Shown: positions 1 to 9,758, numbered from the stretch's first letter. The stretch: 64,000 bases of DNA from an uncultured Dehalococcoidia bacterium (GCA_964595285.1 CAZQPS010000016.1:3612-67611); one strand, 5' to 3'. Numbers and translations are program-made. Notes: a model not told the origin generated them from the letters alone.

Positions 1-1
1 G

Positions 2-286
2 TCTTTACAGTTTCTTGTTAAATTTATAGTTAGTAAGCGGCTTCAATTCAGAGCAGCGCTATCTATCGATGTTGAAGGTTATCAAGCCCGAAGATACAAT
101 TCTTTGAATAATTTAGCAAGGCGAGTGGCGCAGAGAGTTCTTAGTACTGGAAGTCCTATAACCTTGGAGCCAATGCCCGCAAACGAGCGCAGAATTGTAC
201 ACGTAACACTGGCAGAACATTCTGGTGTCACTACAGAAAGTATCGGGATTGGAGAAGAACGACAAGTGGTGATCCAGCCTAGTTAA
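2..286 (+). CDS. jag: Jag/KhpB-type RNA-binding protein, C-terminal fragment (R3H domain); 5' end lies outside the window
   Basis: Frame 2 is open from the window edge to TAA at 284-286. The translation ...SIDVEGYQARRYNSLNNLARRVAQRV...ANERRIVHVTLAEH... carries the R-x3-H (R3H) signature typical of the Jag C-terminus. Confidence 0.75.
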   Translation, partial: SLQFLVKFIVSKRLQFRAALSIDVEGYQARRYNSLNNLARRVAQRVLSTGSPITLEPMPANERRIVHVTLAEHSGVTTESIGIGEERQVVIQPS

Positions 287-388
287 TTTCAGATGGCAGA
301 TAGATTTTCGAGCATGTAGATTATTATCAGTAAGATAATTACTGTACAATTTATATATTAGAGCAATTGTAAGGTCCCCACTAGGGCG

Positions 389-1183
389 TTGGTTATAACT
401 ATGACGGAGTCAATGAGCGTGGTGGTGTCATATTCCAAAAACATTGCCACAGTGAAACTTAATCGTGGAAGCCATCACAATAGGATTAATGAAAATATGG
501 CTTTTGAATTGCAGGATGCGTTCGGCCACTTAGGACAAAATCCCTCTGTAAGAGTTGTGATATTGAGTGGCGTGGGTGAATATTTTTGCAAAGGAACCGA
601 CTTCCCCCCTATTTCTTCCCAGTTAAGCAATGTATCTTATGAATCCACTTTGGAAATGCTGAGAGTGTCTGACGTTGTAGCCTCTATTAGACAGCCTGTC
701 ATAGCCGTTATTAATGGGGATGCGATTGATCAAGGCATGGAATTGACACTGGCTTGTGATATTAGAATAGCATCTACGAGCGCTATGTTTGGCCTAACCC
801 AAATGAGTAAGGGGTATATTCCTTGGGATGGAGGTAGCCAGAGACTTCCAAGACTAATAGGCCAGGGAAGAGCTATGGAAATGATACTTAATTCTCGTAT
901 TATTGGTGTTGACGAGGCTCTTCACATGGGATTGATCACTTCGGAAGTTCCACCTGAAAAGCTTGAAAATATTGGCTTGCTGATGGCTTCAACAATTGCA
1001 TCCCATGGCCCAACAGCTACACAATATTTAAAGGAAGCTGTGTTGAAAGGTTCAGATCTAACTTTAAGGCAAGGATTGCGATTAGAGGCGGATCTGAGCT
1101 TTCTGCTACAAACTACTTCTGATAGATCCGAAGGAATTAAGTCCTTTTTGGAACGGAGGAAACCTGAATACAAAGGGGAATAA
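389..1183 (+). CDS. enoyl-CoA hydratase/isomerase (crotonase) family protein
   Basis: 264 aa. Crotonase-fold motifs VVILSGVGEYFCKGTDF, IAVINGDAIDQGMELTLACDIRIAS and GGSQRLPRLIG. The track start is TTG; ATGs at 401 and 413 are alternatives. Confidence 0.85.
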   Translation: MVITMTESMSVVVSYSKNIATVKLNRGSHHNRINENMAFELQDAFGHLGQNPSVRVVILSGVGEYFCKGTDFPPISSQLSNVSYESTLEMLRVSDVVASIRQPVIAVINGDAIDQGMELTLACDIRIASTSAMFGLTQMSKGYIPWDGGSQRLPRLIGQGRAMEMILNSRIIGVDEALHMGLITSEVPPEKLENIGLLMASTIASHGPTATQYLKEAVLKGSDLTLRQGLRLEADLSFLLQTTSDRSEGIKSFLERRKPEYKGE

Positions 1184-1193
1184 CTAGTTTGAA

Positions 1194-1910
1194 ATGAAAA
1201 CAGTTCTTTGTTCGAAGACCGGATCAGTATTTAGTATAGTTCTGAACAGGCCGGAGGTGATAAATGCTTTCAATGTTCAAATGCGAGATGAATTATATAT
1301 GAGTTTGGGTAGCGCCTGTGATGACCCTACTGTGAAAGTGATTGCGATAAGTGGGGCTGGCGAAAGAGGTTTTTGCGCTGGGGCTGATCTTGGGGAATTC
1401 GGAAGTGCACCATCTATAGCAACTGCAAGGGAGGTCAGATGGGAAAGAGATTTGTGGGGGATGTTCTTATCAGTGAAGAAACCCGTTATTGTAGCGTTGC
1501 ATGGGTATGTGATTGGATCAGGACTAGAGATCGCGTGTTTAGGTGATATTCGAATTGCTTCTAGAGACGCTGTTTTTAGTATGCCTGAAGCAGCTTTGGG
1601 ATTGTTGCCAGCCGCTGGAGGATCACAGACTCTTGCTAGAGTTGTAGGGCAATCTAGGGCTGTTGAGATATTGCAGATGGGGATCAAGATTGATGCGGAT
1701 AAGGCAAAAAATATTGGCTTGGTTCACGAAGTTATCCCCAGGAAGAATTTGCATGACAGGCTTCTTTCAGTGTCGAATTCACTGGCATCAATAAATCCAT
1801 CTTTGCTCGCTGCGGTCAAGCGATCTGTCAATGAAGGTATGGATTTATCACTTGAGGGTGGGATACGTCTGGAAAAGAGACTAGCTGCCAGCAGTATACA
1901 GGCATTATAA
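1194..1910 (+). CDS. enoyl-CoA hydratase/isomerase (crotonase) family protein
   Basis: 238 aa. Motifs GERGFCAGADL, IVALHGYVIGSGLEIACLGDIRIAS and AAGGSQTLARVVG. Lies 10 nt downstream of the previous crotonase gene. Confidence 0.88.
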   Translation: MKTVLCSKTGSVFSIVLNRPEVINAFNVQMRDELYMSLGSACDDPTVKVIAISGAGERGFCAGADLGEFGSAPSIATAREVRWERDLWGMFLSVKKPVIVALHGYVIGSGLEIACLGDIRIASRDAVFSMPEAALGLLPAAGGSQTLARVVGQSRAVEILQMGIKIDADKAKNIGLVHEVIPRKNLHDRLLSVSNSLASINPSLLAAVKRSVNEGMDLSLEGGIRLEKRLAASSIQAL

Positions 1911-1963
1911 ATCTGTTTGGAGATACATATGTTGAAACTATTAGAAACTAATGGTGCATTTAT

Positions 1964-2665
1964 ATGAATATTCCCAATATCTTGGTGGTGGAAGATGAGA
2001 TAAACATAGCTGATGCTCTGAGATATAATCTGGAACATGAAGGCTATAAGGCAATAATAGCTGGGGATGGGGAAGAGGGACTTAGGCTGGCTCGGGAGTC
2101 ATCTCCTGATTTAATTGTGTTGGATGTTATGTTGCCCAAATTAGATGGGTTTGAGGTGTGTCGAATATTGAGACGGGAAACGAATGTACCGATCCTAATG
2201 CTCACAGCAAGGGGCGAGGAAATAGATAGAGTCGTCGGTTTGGAAATTGGTGCCGACGATTATGTTACAAAGCCTTTTAGCACAAGAGAGTTGTTAGTCA
2301 GGATAAGAAACATGATTAGGAGATCCAGCACACCTAATGTTAACTCTAAAGTGAATCAGTTAGGGAATGCAATCGTATCAGGAGATCTTGAAATTGATAG
2401 GTCCAGCCATCTTGTTCGAAGAAAAGGCGAATTATTAGAATTCAGACCTCGTGAATTTGAGTTATTAGCTTTACTCGTGGAAAACAAGGGGAAAGCTTAT
2501 ACCAGAGATCAAATTCTTGAAAATCTTTGGGGCATTGACTACTACGGAGACATAAGAACTGTAGATGTCCACGTTCGATGGATCCGCGAGAAGATAGAGA
2601 ATGACCCTAGTCATCCTGTAAGGATTGTGACGATTAGGGGGATAGGTTATCGGTTTGACGGATGA
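1964..2665 (+). CDS. OmpR/PhoB-family response regulator (receiver + winged-helix DNA-binding domain)
   Basis: 233 aa. Receiver motifs ILVVEDE and DLIVLDVMLPKLDG. C-terminal winged helix LEFRPREFELLALL...RTVDVHVRWIREK...TIRGIGYRF. Confidence 0.92.
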   Translation: MNIPNILVVEDEINIADALRYNLEHEGYKAIIAGDGEEGLRLARESSPDLIVLDVMLPKLDGFEVCRILRRETNVPILMLTARGEEIDRVVGLEIGADDYVTKPFSTRELLVRIRNMIRRSSTPNVNSKVNQLGNAIVSGDLEIDRSSHLVRRKGELLEFRPREFELLALLVENKGKAYTRDQILENLWGIDYYGDIRTVDVHVRWIREKIENDPSHPVRIVTIRGIGYRFDG

Positions 2666-4449
2666 GAATAAGGCTTCCTCTACATTGGCGTATAGCATTG
2701 GCCTACACCGCACTGATATTTTTGACTATGGGAATTGTCAGTGCTTATTTGGTTGGGTTCATTGAAGACAGATTCTATAAAGGCATGGAAACTAGGCTGG
2801 AAGAAGAAGCTGGGCTAGTGGGTGAATCCATGATCTCATTCTTATATCCGACACCGGATCTGGAGAGCCTACACGAGGCGAGTATCCGTGCAAGCGTAAT
2901 TATTGGAGGAGATAAAGGCCAGAGCTCACGGATTACCATAATAGATAGTAATGGAAGAGTTTTGTCTGATTCTTCTATTGATCCATTGTCTCTCCCTAAT
3001 CAGTCGTACAATGAAGAATTTATAGATGCAATATCAACTGGATTGGGCCGTGATATGAGAGAAAGTTCCCATCACCCCGACAATGTTCTTTATACTGCGG
3101 TGCCGATCATATTGGATGACAAGGTTATAGGCGTCTCCAGAATAGGTCTGCCACTTCGGGAGCTTCGGTCAAGTATCAATAGAATACTTGGAACGATTGC
3201 TGTTTCTGCATTAATAGTAGCTTTTCTTTCGGTTGCCTTAGGCTATTATGTCTTTAGGCGAACCACTAGATCAGTACAAACTGTGGCTGAGGGTGCAATG
3301 CAGTTGGCAAGTGGAGATTTGGAATACAGAGTACAGGCATTGTCGTCTGATGAAACACAAGATTTAGCTGATGCATTTAATAAGATGGCTACCACTATAC
3401 GCAAAACAGTTAGAGACCTTTCCGGTGAAAGTGCTAAGTTGGGTGCAGTCTTGGATACTATGGCAGATGGCGTTGTGGTGCTGGATCACTCCGGGAGAGT
3501 AGAATTAATGAACCCTGCCGCGGAGTGGCTTTTAAATGTTGGGGTAAATGATTCGGTGGGCAGCCACTTTGTTGAGTTGGTGCGTGATCACGATATACAG
3601 GGTTTGCTAACAAAATCTTCGGAGGTTGGTTCTATCTGGCAAACAGAGTTTGAATTACTTCCAACCAGGAGATTTTTAAGTGCTATCGCTACTCCCTTAG
3701 GTGAGAAAGGCGAGAAAGGCACCCTGATTACATTGCATGATTTGACACGCCTCAGACAGATAGAAACAACAAGGCGAGAATTTGTTACTAATGTGTCTCA
3801 TGAACTCAAAAGCCCCTTGGCATCAGTGAAGGTCATGGTTGAAACATTGGAGAGTGGTGCTGTACCTGTTGAAGACACGGCACGAGATTTTCTTAACCGC
3901 ATAAACACTGAAGTGGATCGTATGCACGCCATGATTGATGAACTTTTGGAACTGTCGAAGTTGGAAAGCGGACAAATACCTCTCAATATAACCTTTGTAG
4001 ATGTTAAATCTCTCGTTGAAGAAATTGTTGCTGAGTATTCTCCTTTAGTTGAGAATAGAGGCTTAGTAATTGATAGCGATCTTCCCTTGTGCGAGTGTCA
4101 GGCCACTGGGGAAAGGGAAAAAATTAGGCAAGTTCTAATAAATTTAGTTGAGAACGCGTTAAGGAACACCGAGTCTGGTGGTATATATATATCTGTTTCT
4201 CCGGGTGTGGATCAGATAACAATAGCCGTAAGAGATACTGGATTAGGAATATCTAGAGAACATATCCCTCATGTGTTTGAACGATTTTACAAAGTAGATA
4301 GATCTCGAAGAGATGGAGGGAGTGGCTTGGGGCTTGCAATAGTAAAGCATATTGTACAGGCACATGGTGGAGAGGTAGATGTGCAGAGTTCTATAGGCGA
4401 AGGTAGCGTGTTTTCGTTTACTTTGCCGGTGAATATGAGATCGGAATAA
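2662..4449 (+). CDS. sensor histidine kinase (2 TM, HAMP, PAS, HisKA, HATPase_c), PhoR-like
   Basis: 595 aa. Overlaps the regulator stop by 4 nt (ATGA). H-box FVTNVSHELKSPL, N-box LINLVENALRNT, G-boxes RDTGLGI and GGSGLGLAIVK. One N-terminal TM and a second TM before a HAMP-like segment. Confidence 0.9.
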   Translation: MRIRLPLHWRIALAYTALIFLTMGIVSAYLVGFIEDRFYKGMETRLEEEAGLVGESMISFLYPTPDLESLHEASIRASVIIGGDKGQSSRITIIDSNGRVLSDSSIDPLSLPNQSYNEEFIDAISTGLGRDMRESSHHPDNVLYTAVPIILDDKVIGVSRIGLPLRELRSSINRILGTIAVSALIVAFLSVALGYYVFRRTTRSVQTVAEGAMQLASGDLEYRVQALSSDETQDLADAFNKMATTIRKTVRDLSGESAKLGAVLDTMADGVVVLDHSGRVELMNPAAEWLLNVGVNDSVGSHFVELVRDHDIQGLLTKSSEVGSIWQTEFELLPTRRFLSAIATPLGEKGEKGTLITLHDLTRLRQIETTRREFVTNVSHELKSPLASVKVMVETLESGAVPVEDTARDFLNRINTEVDRMHAMIDELLELSKLESGQIPLNITFVDVKSLVEEIVAEYSPLVENRGLVIDSDLPLCECQATGEREKIRQVLINLVENALRNTESGGIYISVSPGVDQITIAVRDTGLGISREHIPHVFERFYKVDRSRRDGGSGLGLAIVKHIVQAHGGEVDVQSSIGEGSVFSFTLPVNMRSE

Positions 4450-4795
4450 TAATTAACATATTTCCCTTTAAATTAGTCATCACATAATCTGTTTTTAGCA
4501 GGATAGGGGAATAGGCTGCAAGGGCGGGTACATGAATTATTATTGTCAGTGGTCACTCTATTGGTTTTGCGATAGAAGATATTTTGTCTATTCAAACAGT
4601 TTGCCTTGTAACTTGAATCAATGTGGGTAAATATGTAAACTCCCTAGTATTTTCTAGGTAAATGACTACTTTAGAGAACATAACGGCCTTGACCTAAGTT
4701 AACGCAGTAGTCACTATAGATATTGATTTTAGTCTCAGTCTCGCAGGATTTAGAAGAGAATTTGTGAGGAGTCACCAGAGTCAGGAAGAGAGGGA

Positions 4796-5470
4796 ATGAG
4801 CATGCCACGAGTAGATTTCGATAGGGACCTCAGAATGCTTCAAGATGATCTATTACTCATAGGAAGTATGGTTGAGAAAGCTATAGCTAGGTCTGTGGAA
4901 GCTTTGAAATCTCGGGATTTGCGCATTTCTAATGACGTTATTAATGAGGACGATATTATAGATGCGAAGAGAATTGAGATAGAAGAACGATGCATAGATT
5001 TGATCGCGACGCAACAACCTTTGGCTGGCGACCTCAGGGTGCTAATAACCGTTTTGCATCTGGTCGGAGAGCTAGAAAGGATGGGGGATTATGCCGAGGG
5101 CATTGCGAAAATTACGTTAATGATGGGAGAAGAACCGCCTCTTAAGCCGCTCATTGACATTCCAAGAATGGCTGAAAAATCTATGGATATGTTGCGTAGA
5201 AGCCTTGATGCATTTATAAATCGAGACGTTGTCTCGTCTATGGTGATAATGACTGATGATGATGAGATAGACAAACTTTATGAGCAAGTTTACAGAGAGT
5301 TGTTAACGTATATGATGGCCGACTCTGAGACTATTAGGCGTGCAACTCACTTGCTCTGGGTGGCGCATGATCTGGAACGAATTGCTGATCGAACTACTAA
5401 CATAGCTGAAAGGGTTATTTATTTGGTCACGGGTCGACAGGCGGAATCAACCGTATCTCAAAATCGGTAG
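4796..5470 (+). CDS. phoU: phosphate signalling complex protein PhoU
   Basis: 224 aa. Two PhoU repeats with the conserved E/D-x3-D metal motifs (ELERMGDYAEGIAK and DLERIADRTTNIAERV). Confidence 0.9.
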   Translation: MSMPRVDFDRDLRMLQDDLLLIGSMVEKAIARSVEALKSRDLRISNDVINEDDIIDAKRIEIEERCIDLIATQQPLAGDLRVLITVLHLVGELERMGDYAEGIAKITLMMGEEPPLKPLIDIPRMAEKSMDMLRRSLDAFINRDVVSSMVIMTDDDEIDKLYEQVYRELLTYMMADSETIRRATHLLWVAHDLERIADRTTNIAERVIYLVTGRQAESTVSQNR

Positions 5471-5709
5471 ACATGCTGAACGAAGCACCATCTATAATTA
5501 AGACCAGTCCTTGTGGAATCTGTAAGATATCGGATCAAGCCGTTGTTGAAAAAATAAAGGTCTGTTATACTAGGCCCGTCGTTCGTTAGATGTTGTACTA
5601 GTATGCCTAAAAGCCTGTATCAGCTTGTCCTCAGGCCGTGGGTAGAACTGCTCATCAGAATTAACGCTCGGCAGAAGAAATTGAAGGGATTAAGAAAGGA
5701 GGTGGGCCT

Positions 5710-6579
5710 TTGCATTGGATTGATTATGAAAGCCCTCATTCTATAAAAGACGCAGTGGATCTGCTTAATAGTTCTGGTGGTGCACGTCCTATAGCAGGCG
5801 GTACTGATGTTCTTGTTCAGCTCAGGGCTGGAGCTATGCCTGGAGTCAATCTGTTGGTTGACGTGAAAAATATACCTGAGATGAATGAACTTAAATATGA
5901 TGCTGGCAGTGGGCTTACCATTGGAGCCGCTGTTCCATGCTATAAGATTTATGGAGATGATGCGATTGCGAAAGCTTATCCTGGCCTGATCGATTCTGCT
6001 TCCTTAATAGGGGGCACACAGATACAGGGCAGAGCTTCGCTTGGTGGTAATTTGTGCAACGCGGCGCCCAGCGCTGATTCTGTTCCAGTCATGATAGCGC
6101 TAGGGGGAATAGCTCGAATTGCAGGTCCAAATGGTGATAGGGAAGTCCCACTTGAGGATTTTTGTGTCGGTGTACGACAAACGGTTATCCAGCAAGGCGA
6201 AATTCTAACAGCCATTCATTTCCCAGCACCAGTCTCAAATAGTGGTGCCAATTACATGAGATTCATACCTCGTAATGAAATGGATATAGCGGTTGCTGGT
6301 GTTGGCAGTTCCGTTGTACTGGAAAATGGCAATATTAAATCCGCTAAAGTTGCCTTATCCTCGGTAGCACCAATTCCGCTTTATGTGAAAGAAATAGGCG
6401 AAACACTTGCTGGAAAACCTGCGAATGAAGATTCACTAGAACAGGCGGGTTTACTTGCGAAGAACGCTGCAAAACCTATTACTGATATGAGGGGGACCGT
6501 TGAATACAGGAAGCACCTGTGTGACGTGTTAACACGTCGCTCACTTAAAATTTCGATCGATCGAGCTAAGGAGGCCTAA
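5710..6579 (+). CDS. xanthine dehydrogenase / CO-dehydrogenase family, FAD-binding medium subunit (CoxM-like)
   Basis: 289 aa. TTG start preceded by AAAGGAGGTG. Motifs AGGTDVLVQLR, ASLGGNLCNAAPSAD and MRGTVEYRKHL. Confidence 0.88.
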   Translation: MHWIDYESPHSIKDAVDLLNSSGGARPIAGGTDVLVQLRAGAMPGVNLLVDVKNIPEMNELKYDAGSGLTIGAAVPCYKIYGDDAIAKAYPGLIDSASLIGGTQIQGRASLGGNLCNAAPSADSVPVMIALGGIARIAGPNGDREVPLEDFCVGVRQTVIQQGEILTAIHFPAPVSNSGANYMRFIPRNEMDIAVAGVGSSVVLENGNIKSAKVALSSVAPIPLYVKEIGETLAGKPANEDSLEQAGLLAKNAAKPITDMRGTVEYRKHLCDVLTRRSLKISIDRAKEA

Positions 6580-6582
6580 TAA

Positions 6583-7062
6583 ATGCCCGGAAAAACACAA
6601 GTTCAAACTACCATTAACGGCGAATCCGTCGAGTTTCTGTGTGAGCCAAGGCAAAGTCTCTTGGAATGCTTACGAGATGTTATAGGTCTCACTGGTACTA
6701 AGGAAGGATGCAACGATGGAAATTGCGGTGCATGCACAGTGGAGATGGATGGCCGGATCGTGACCTCTTGTTTGGTTCTTGGAGTAGAGGCGGAAGGTAA
6801 AGAGATTACGACTATTGAAGGAATTGCAGATGGAAGTGAATTGCATCCAGTTCAGCAAGCATTTCTAGAAAACGCAGCTCTGCAGTGCGGCATTTGTACT
6901 CCAGGGTTTATTGTTTCATCAAAGTCTTTACTAGAAAATATCCCCAATCCCAGTGAGCATCAAATAAGGTTCTGGCTCGCCAACAATTTATGTCGGTGTA
7001 CAGGCTACGATAAGATAGTTCGTGCAGTGCAAGACGCTGCCGTAAAGATGCAGGAGGCCTAG
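6583..7062 (+). CDS. (2Fe-2S)-binding small subunit of a molybdenum hydroxylase (CoxS-like)
   Basis: 159 aa. Two [2Fe-2S] cysteine clusters: CNDGNCGACTV...C and QCGICTPG...CRCTGY. Confidence 0.92.
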   Translation: MPGKTQVQTTINGESVEFLCEPRQSLLECLRDVIGLTGTKEGCNDGNCGACTVEMDGRIVTSCLVLGVEAEGKEITTIEGIADGSELHPVQQAFLENAALQCGICTPGFIVSSKSLLENIPNPSEHQIRFWLANNLCRCTGYDKIVRAVQDAAVKMQEA

Positions 7063-7065
7063 AGA

Positions 7066-9336
7066 ATGACATCTACGCAATACGAAAGGAATGTAATACT
7101 TTCTAATGTTGACTATGATGTAGTCGGCACTCGACCGATTCGACCTGATGGTGTTGATAAAGTAAGAGGGAGGGCTTTGTACGCGGCTGACTTTGATGCG
7201 TCAGGTCTTCTCCATGGTAAGGTACTACGAAGTCCTCATGCTCACGCGAGGATTAAGTCTATTGATGTCAAAAAAGCTGAAGCCTTGCCCGGAGTTATGT
7301 CTATTGTAACTGGTAAAGATTTACCAGAGTCTGAGAAAGATAGTGATAGATATGCTCGTGAAAATATTTTGGCAGGTGAAAAAGTTGTTTATAAAGGGCA
7401 GGCTATAGCTGCAGTTGCTGCTAGCAACCCGCATGTTGCAGAAGAAGCCGTATCCTTGATAGAGGTCACGTATGAGGTCCTGCCCCCAATTATGACCGCA
7501 CCACAAGGGATGGAACCAAATGCAGCCATACTACATGAAGGCCTTACAACTGAGGAGCTTGGCGAGAAAACCGACAAAGTTAGTAACGTTGCCAATCACT
7601 TTCAGCATATTAAAGGCGATGTTGAAACAGGATTTTCGGAAGCTGACTGTATAGTTGAGCGGGAATACAACACTGTCACTGTACATCAAGGCTACCTCGA
7701 GCCTCATTCAGCTACCGCGTTTTGGAATAGTGATGGGAGACTCCATATCTGGTGTAGTACCCAAGGTGCCCATCCTGCGAGAGACGCGACAGCGAAAATT
7801 TTGGGCTTGCCAGTATCGCAAGTTCGGGTAACACCAATGGAAATTGGCGGGGGTTTCGGAGGGAAAATACCAATATATTTGGAGCCGATAGCTGCTTTAT
7901 TGTCTAAAAAGAGTGGTCATGCTGTTCAGATTTCTATGAGTCGTGCGGATGTTTTCGAGTCCACTGGACCGACAAGCGGTTCCAATATGACTATCAAAAT
8001 TGGTGCCAAAAGTGATGGAACTATTACAGCCATGCAAGCGAGGCTTGCCTTTGAGGCAGGCGGCTTTCCTGGATCGCCAGTGAACGCGGCGGCTATTTGC
8101 GTCTTTGCCGCCTATGATGTAGAAAATGCGCAGATTGATGGTTATGATGTAGTGGTGAACAAACCTAAATCTGCTCCATACAGGGCTCCAGGAGCTCCAA
8201 ATGCTGCTTTTGCATGTGAACAGGCCATGGACGAATTATCTCAGCAGTTGGGTATTGATCCTATAGACTTGAGACTTAAAAATTCTGCAAAGGAAGGGAC
8301 TCGTCGAGCAGATGGGCCGACCTTTCCGCGAATAGGTGCTGTAGAAGTTCTCGAAGCAATGAAAGATCACCCTCATTATAGTGCACCCCTTGGGGCCAAT
8401 GAAGGACGGGGAGTTGCTATTGGCTATTGGTTTAATATTGGATTTGAGTCAAGCGTGAGTATTTCAGTTAATGCGGATGGAACGGTGAGTCTGGTTGAAG
8501 GCTCTACAGACGTTGGTGGTTCTAGAGCGTCTATTGCTATGCAGGCTGCAGAGGCGCTGGGAATTCCCATGGAGGATGTGTATCCGTCGGTTGTGGATAC
8601 TGACTCCGTTGGATTTACAGCGGTCACTGGTGGGAGTCGGACAACGTATGCAACTGGATGGGCGGCCTATGAGGCAGCTCAAGATCTTAATGCACAGATG
8701 ATAGAGCGAGCTGCCAGTATATGGGATGTTGATGCAGATGGGATTGAATGTGTCTCTGGAGTTTTCCAGTCCAAGAGTGATCCTGAATTGAAGATGACGT
8801 TTAAGGAATTGGCAGCCCAACTAGCGGATACCGGTGGCCCTTTAATGGGTAGAGCGGCAATGAATGCAGGTGGCCTAGGGGCGAGTGGGGGGTCTTTTGC
8901 AGGTAACATCGTGGATGTCGAGATTGATCCAGACACTGGAAAGACAACAGTGAAGAGATTTACGGTTGTTCAGGATGCTGGTAAGGCGATACACCCTAGC
9001 TATGTAGAAGGACAAATGCAGGGAGGAAGCGTTCAGGGGATCGGTTGGGCACTTAACGAGGAATACTATATGAGAGATGATGGCTCTATGGCGAATACCT
9101 CATTGCTCGATTATAGAATGCCTACCAGTCTTGATATCCCTATGATCGATACTGTGATTGTGGAGGTTGCTAGTCCAAGCCATCCTTTTGGTGTAAGAGG
9201 GGTCGGTGAGGCAAATATAGTTCCTCCTACGGCTGCGATAGCAAATGCGATTCAGGGAGCAACAGGACTGAGGATGAATAATCTTCCAATGAATCCTGTG
9301 GCAATTATGGAAGCGAAATGGAAGCAAAACGGATAA
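7066..9336 (+). CDS. molybdopterin-binding large subunit, xanthine dehydrogenase/aldehyde oxidase family
   Basis: 756 aa. Motifs EIGGGFGGK, PKSAPYRAPGAPNAAFA and FGVRGVGEANIVP. The active-site loop is the generic YRAPG type, not the AYxCSFR loop of form-I CO dehydrogenase. Confidence 0.9.
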   Translation: MTSTQYERNVILSNVDYDVVGTRPIRPDGVDKVRGRALYAADFDASGLLHGKVLRSPHAHARIKSIDVKKAEALPGVMSIVTGKDLPESEKDSDRYARENILAGEKVVYKGQAIAAVAASNPHVAEEAVSLIEVTYEVLPPIMTAPQGMEPNAAILHEGLTTEELGEKTDKVSNVANHFQHIKGDVETGFSEADCIVEREYNTVTVHQGYLEPHSATAFWNSDGRLHIWCSTQGAHPARDATAKILGLPVSQVRVTPMEIGGGFGGKIPIYLEPIAALLSKKSGHAVQISMSRADVFESTGPTSGSNMTIKIGAKSDGTITAMQARLAFEAGGFPGSPVNAAAICVFAAYDVENAQIDGYDVVVNKPKSAPYRAPGAPNAAFACEQAMDELSQQLGIDPIDLRLKNSAKEGTRRADGPTFPRIGAVEVLEAMKDHPHYSAPLGANEGRGVAIGYWFNIGFESSVSISVNADGTVSLVEGSTDVGGSRASIAMQAAEALGIPMEDVYPSVVDTDSVGFTAVTGGSRTTYATGWAAYEAAQDLNAQMIERAASIWDVDADGIECVSGVFQSKSDPELKMTFKELAAQLADTGGPLMGRAAMNAGGLGASGGSFAGNIVDVEIDPDTGKTTVKRFTVVQDAGKAIHPSYVEGQMQGGSVQGIGWALNEEYYMRDDGSMANTSLLDYRMPTSLDIPMIDTVIVEVASPSHPFGVRGVGEANIVPPTAAIANAIQGATGLRMNNLPMNPVAIMEAKWKQNG

Positions 9337-9346
9337 GGTATTTCCG

Positions 9347-9392
9347 GACGAACAGGGTCAGATGCAATTGCACCTGACCCCGTTCGTCTTTC
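9347..9392 (+). terminator. hairpin after the Mo-hydroxylase large subunit (candidate intrinsic terminator)
   Basis: GACGAACAGGGTCAG / CTGACCCCGTTCGTC form a 15-bp stem with one mismatch and an 11-nt loop, followed by TTTCAAGTTT. It begins about 10 nt after the stop codon. Confidence 0.55.
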
Positions 9393-9411
9393 AAGTTTAA
9401 AGAAAAGTCTT

Positions 9412-9678
9412 ATGGCAACAGTTTTTATACCATCTCTAATGCAGAATCTTACTAACGGAGAGCACCTCGTAGAAGTTGACGGGACTAACGTTAGAAGAGT
9501 TATTGAGAACCTCGAAAAGGCATTTCCAGGTATTAAAGAAAGGTTAGTAGATGACGACCGGATTAAACCGAATATTTCGGTCGCCGTGGATGGTGAAGTA
9601 AGTCCTTTAGGAATGCTTGAGAAAGTTGCTGAAAATAGCGAGGTTCATTTTTTACCGGCAATAGGTGGTGGGTATTGA
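9412..9678 (+). CDS. MoaD/ThiS/CysO-like ubiquitin-fold sulfur-carrier protein with C-terminal ...AIGGGY
   Basis: 88 aa. The pattern IPSLMQNLTNGEHLVEVDG...FPGIKERLVDD...ISVAVDGE...EVHFLPAIGGGY parallels CysO/MoaD-type carriers, which normally end in GG. Confidence 0.75.
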   Translation: MATVFIPSLMQNLTNGEHLVEVDGTNVRRVIENLEKAFPGIKERLVDDDRIKPNISVAVDGEVSPLGMLEKVAENSEVHFLPAIGGGY

Positions 9679-9720
9679 GTAGTGTCGTTTAAAAAATGTT
9701 AACTAATAAGAGGGATTTTA

Positions 9721-9758
9721 AAAAAGGCCGACTGCTGTATGAAAGCATCGGCCTTTTT
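9721..9758. terminator. GC-cored hairpin flanked by an A-run and a T-run (bidirectional-looking intrinsic terminator)
   Basis: AAAAAGGCCGA(C)TGC - tgtatgaaa - GCATCGGCCTTTTT, about 43 nt after the sulfur-carrier gene stop. Confidence 0.7.

Noticed and set aside
1-400. Possible proximity to oriC, because jag is often in the rnpA-yidC-jag origin-proximal cluster.
   Set aside because: I saw no cluster of TTATCCACA-type DnaA boxes here or elsewhere in the window. There are only isolated partial matches.
1277-1687. Long antisense ORFs inside well-supported genes. Examples: 1277-1687, 8464-8820, 15272-15694, 28140-28451, 33129-33539, 46427-46840, 48116-48514 and 49912-50238.
   Set aside because: Each lies entirely within, and opposite to, a gene with clear family motifs. 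Their translations are low-complexity or Ser/Pro/Arg-rich with no recognisable domain, which is typical of shadow ORFs.
4450-4795. Pho-box-like sequence (TTGTCAGTGGTCAC) in the 346-bp spacer before phoU.
   Set aside because: The half-site spacing is 7 nt rather than the 11-nt periodicity of PhoB boxes, and there is only one occurrence. This is not convincing without a search.
5710-9336. Calling the three-subunit Mo enzyme an aerobic CO dehydrogenase (coxMSL).
   Set aside because: The large subunit lacks the AYxCSFR (form I) signature and shows a generic YRAPG loop. No coxDEFG-type accessory genes are adjacent.
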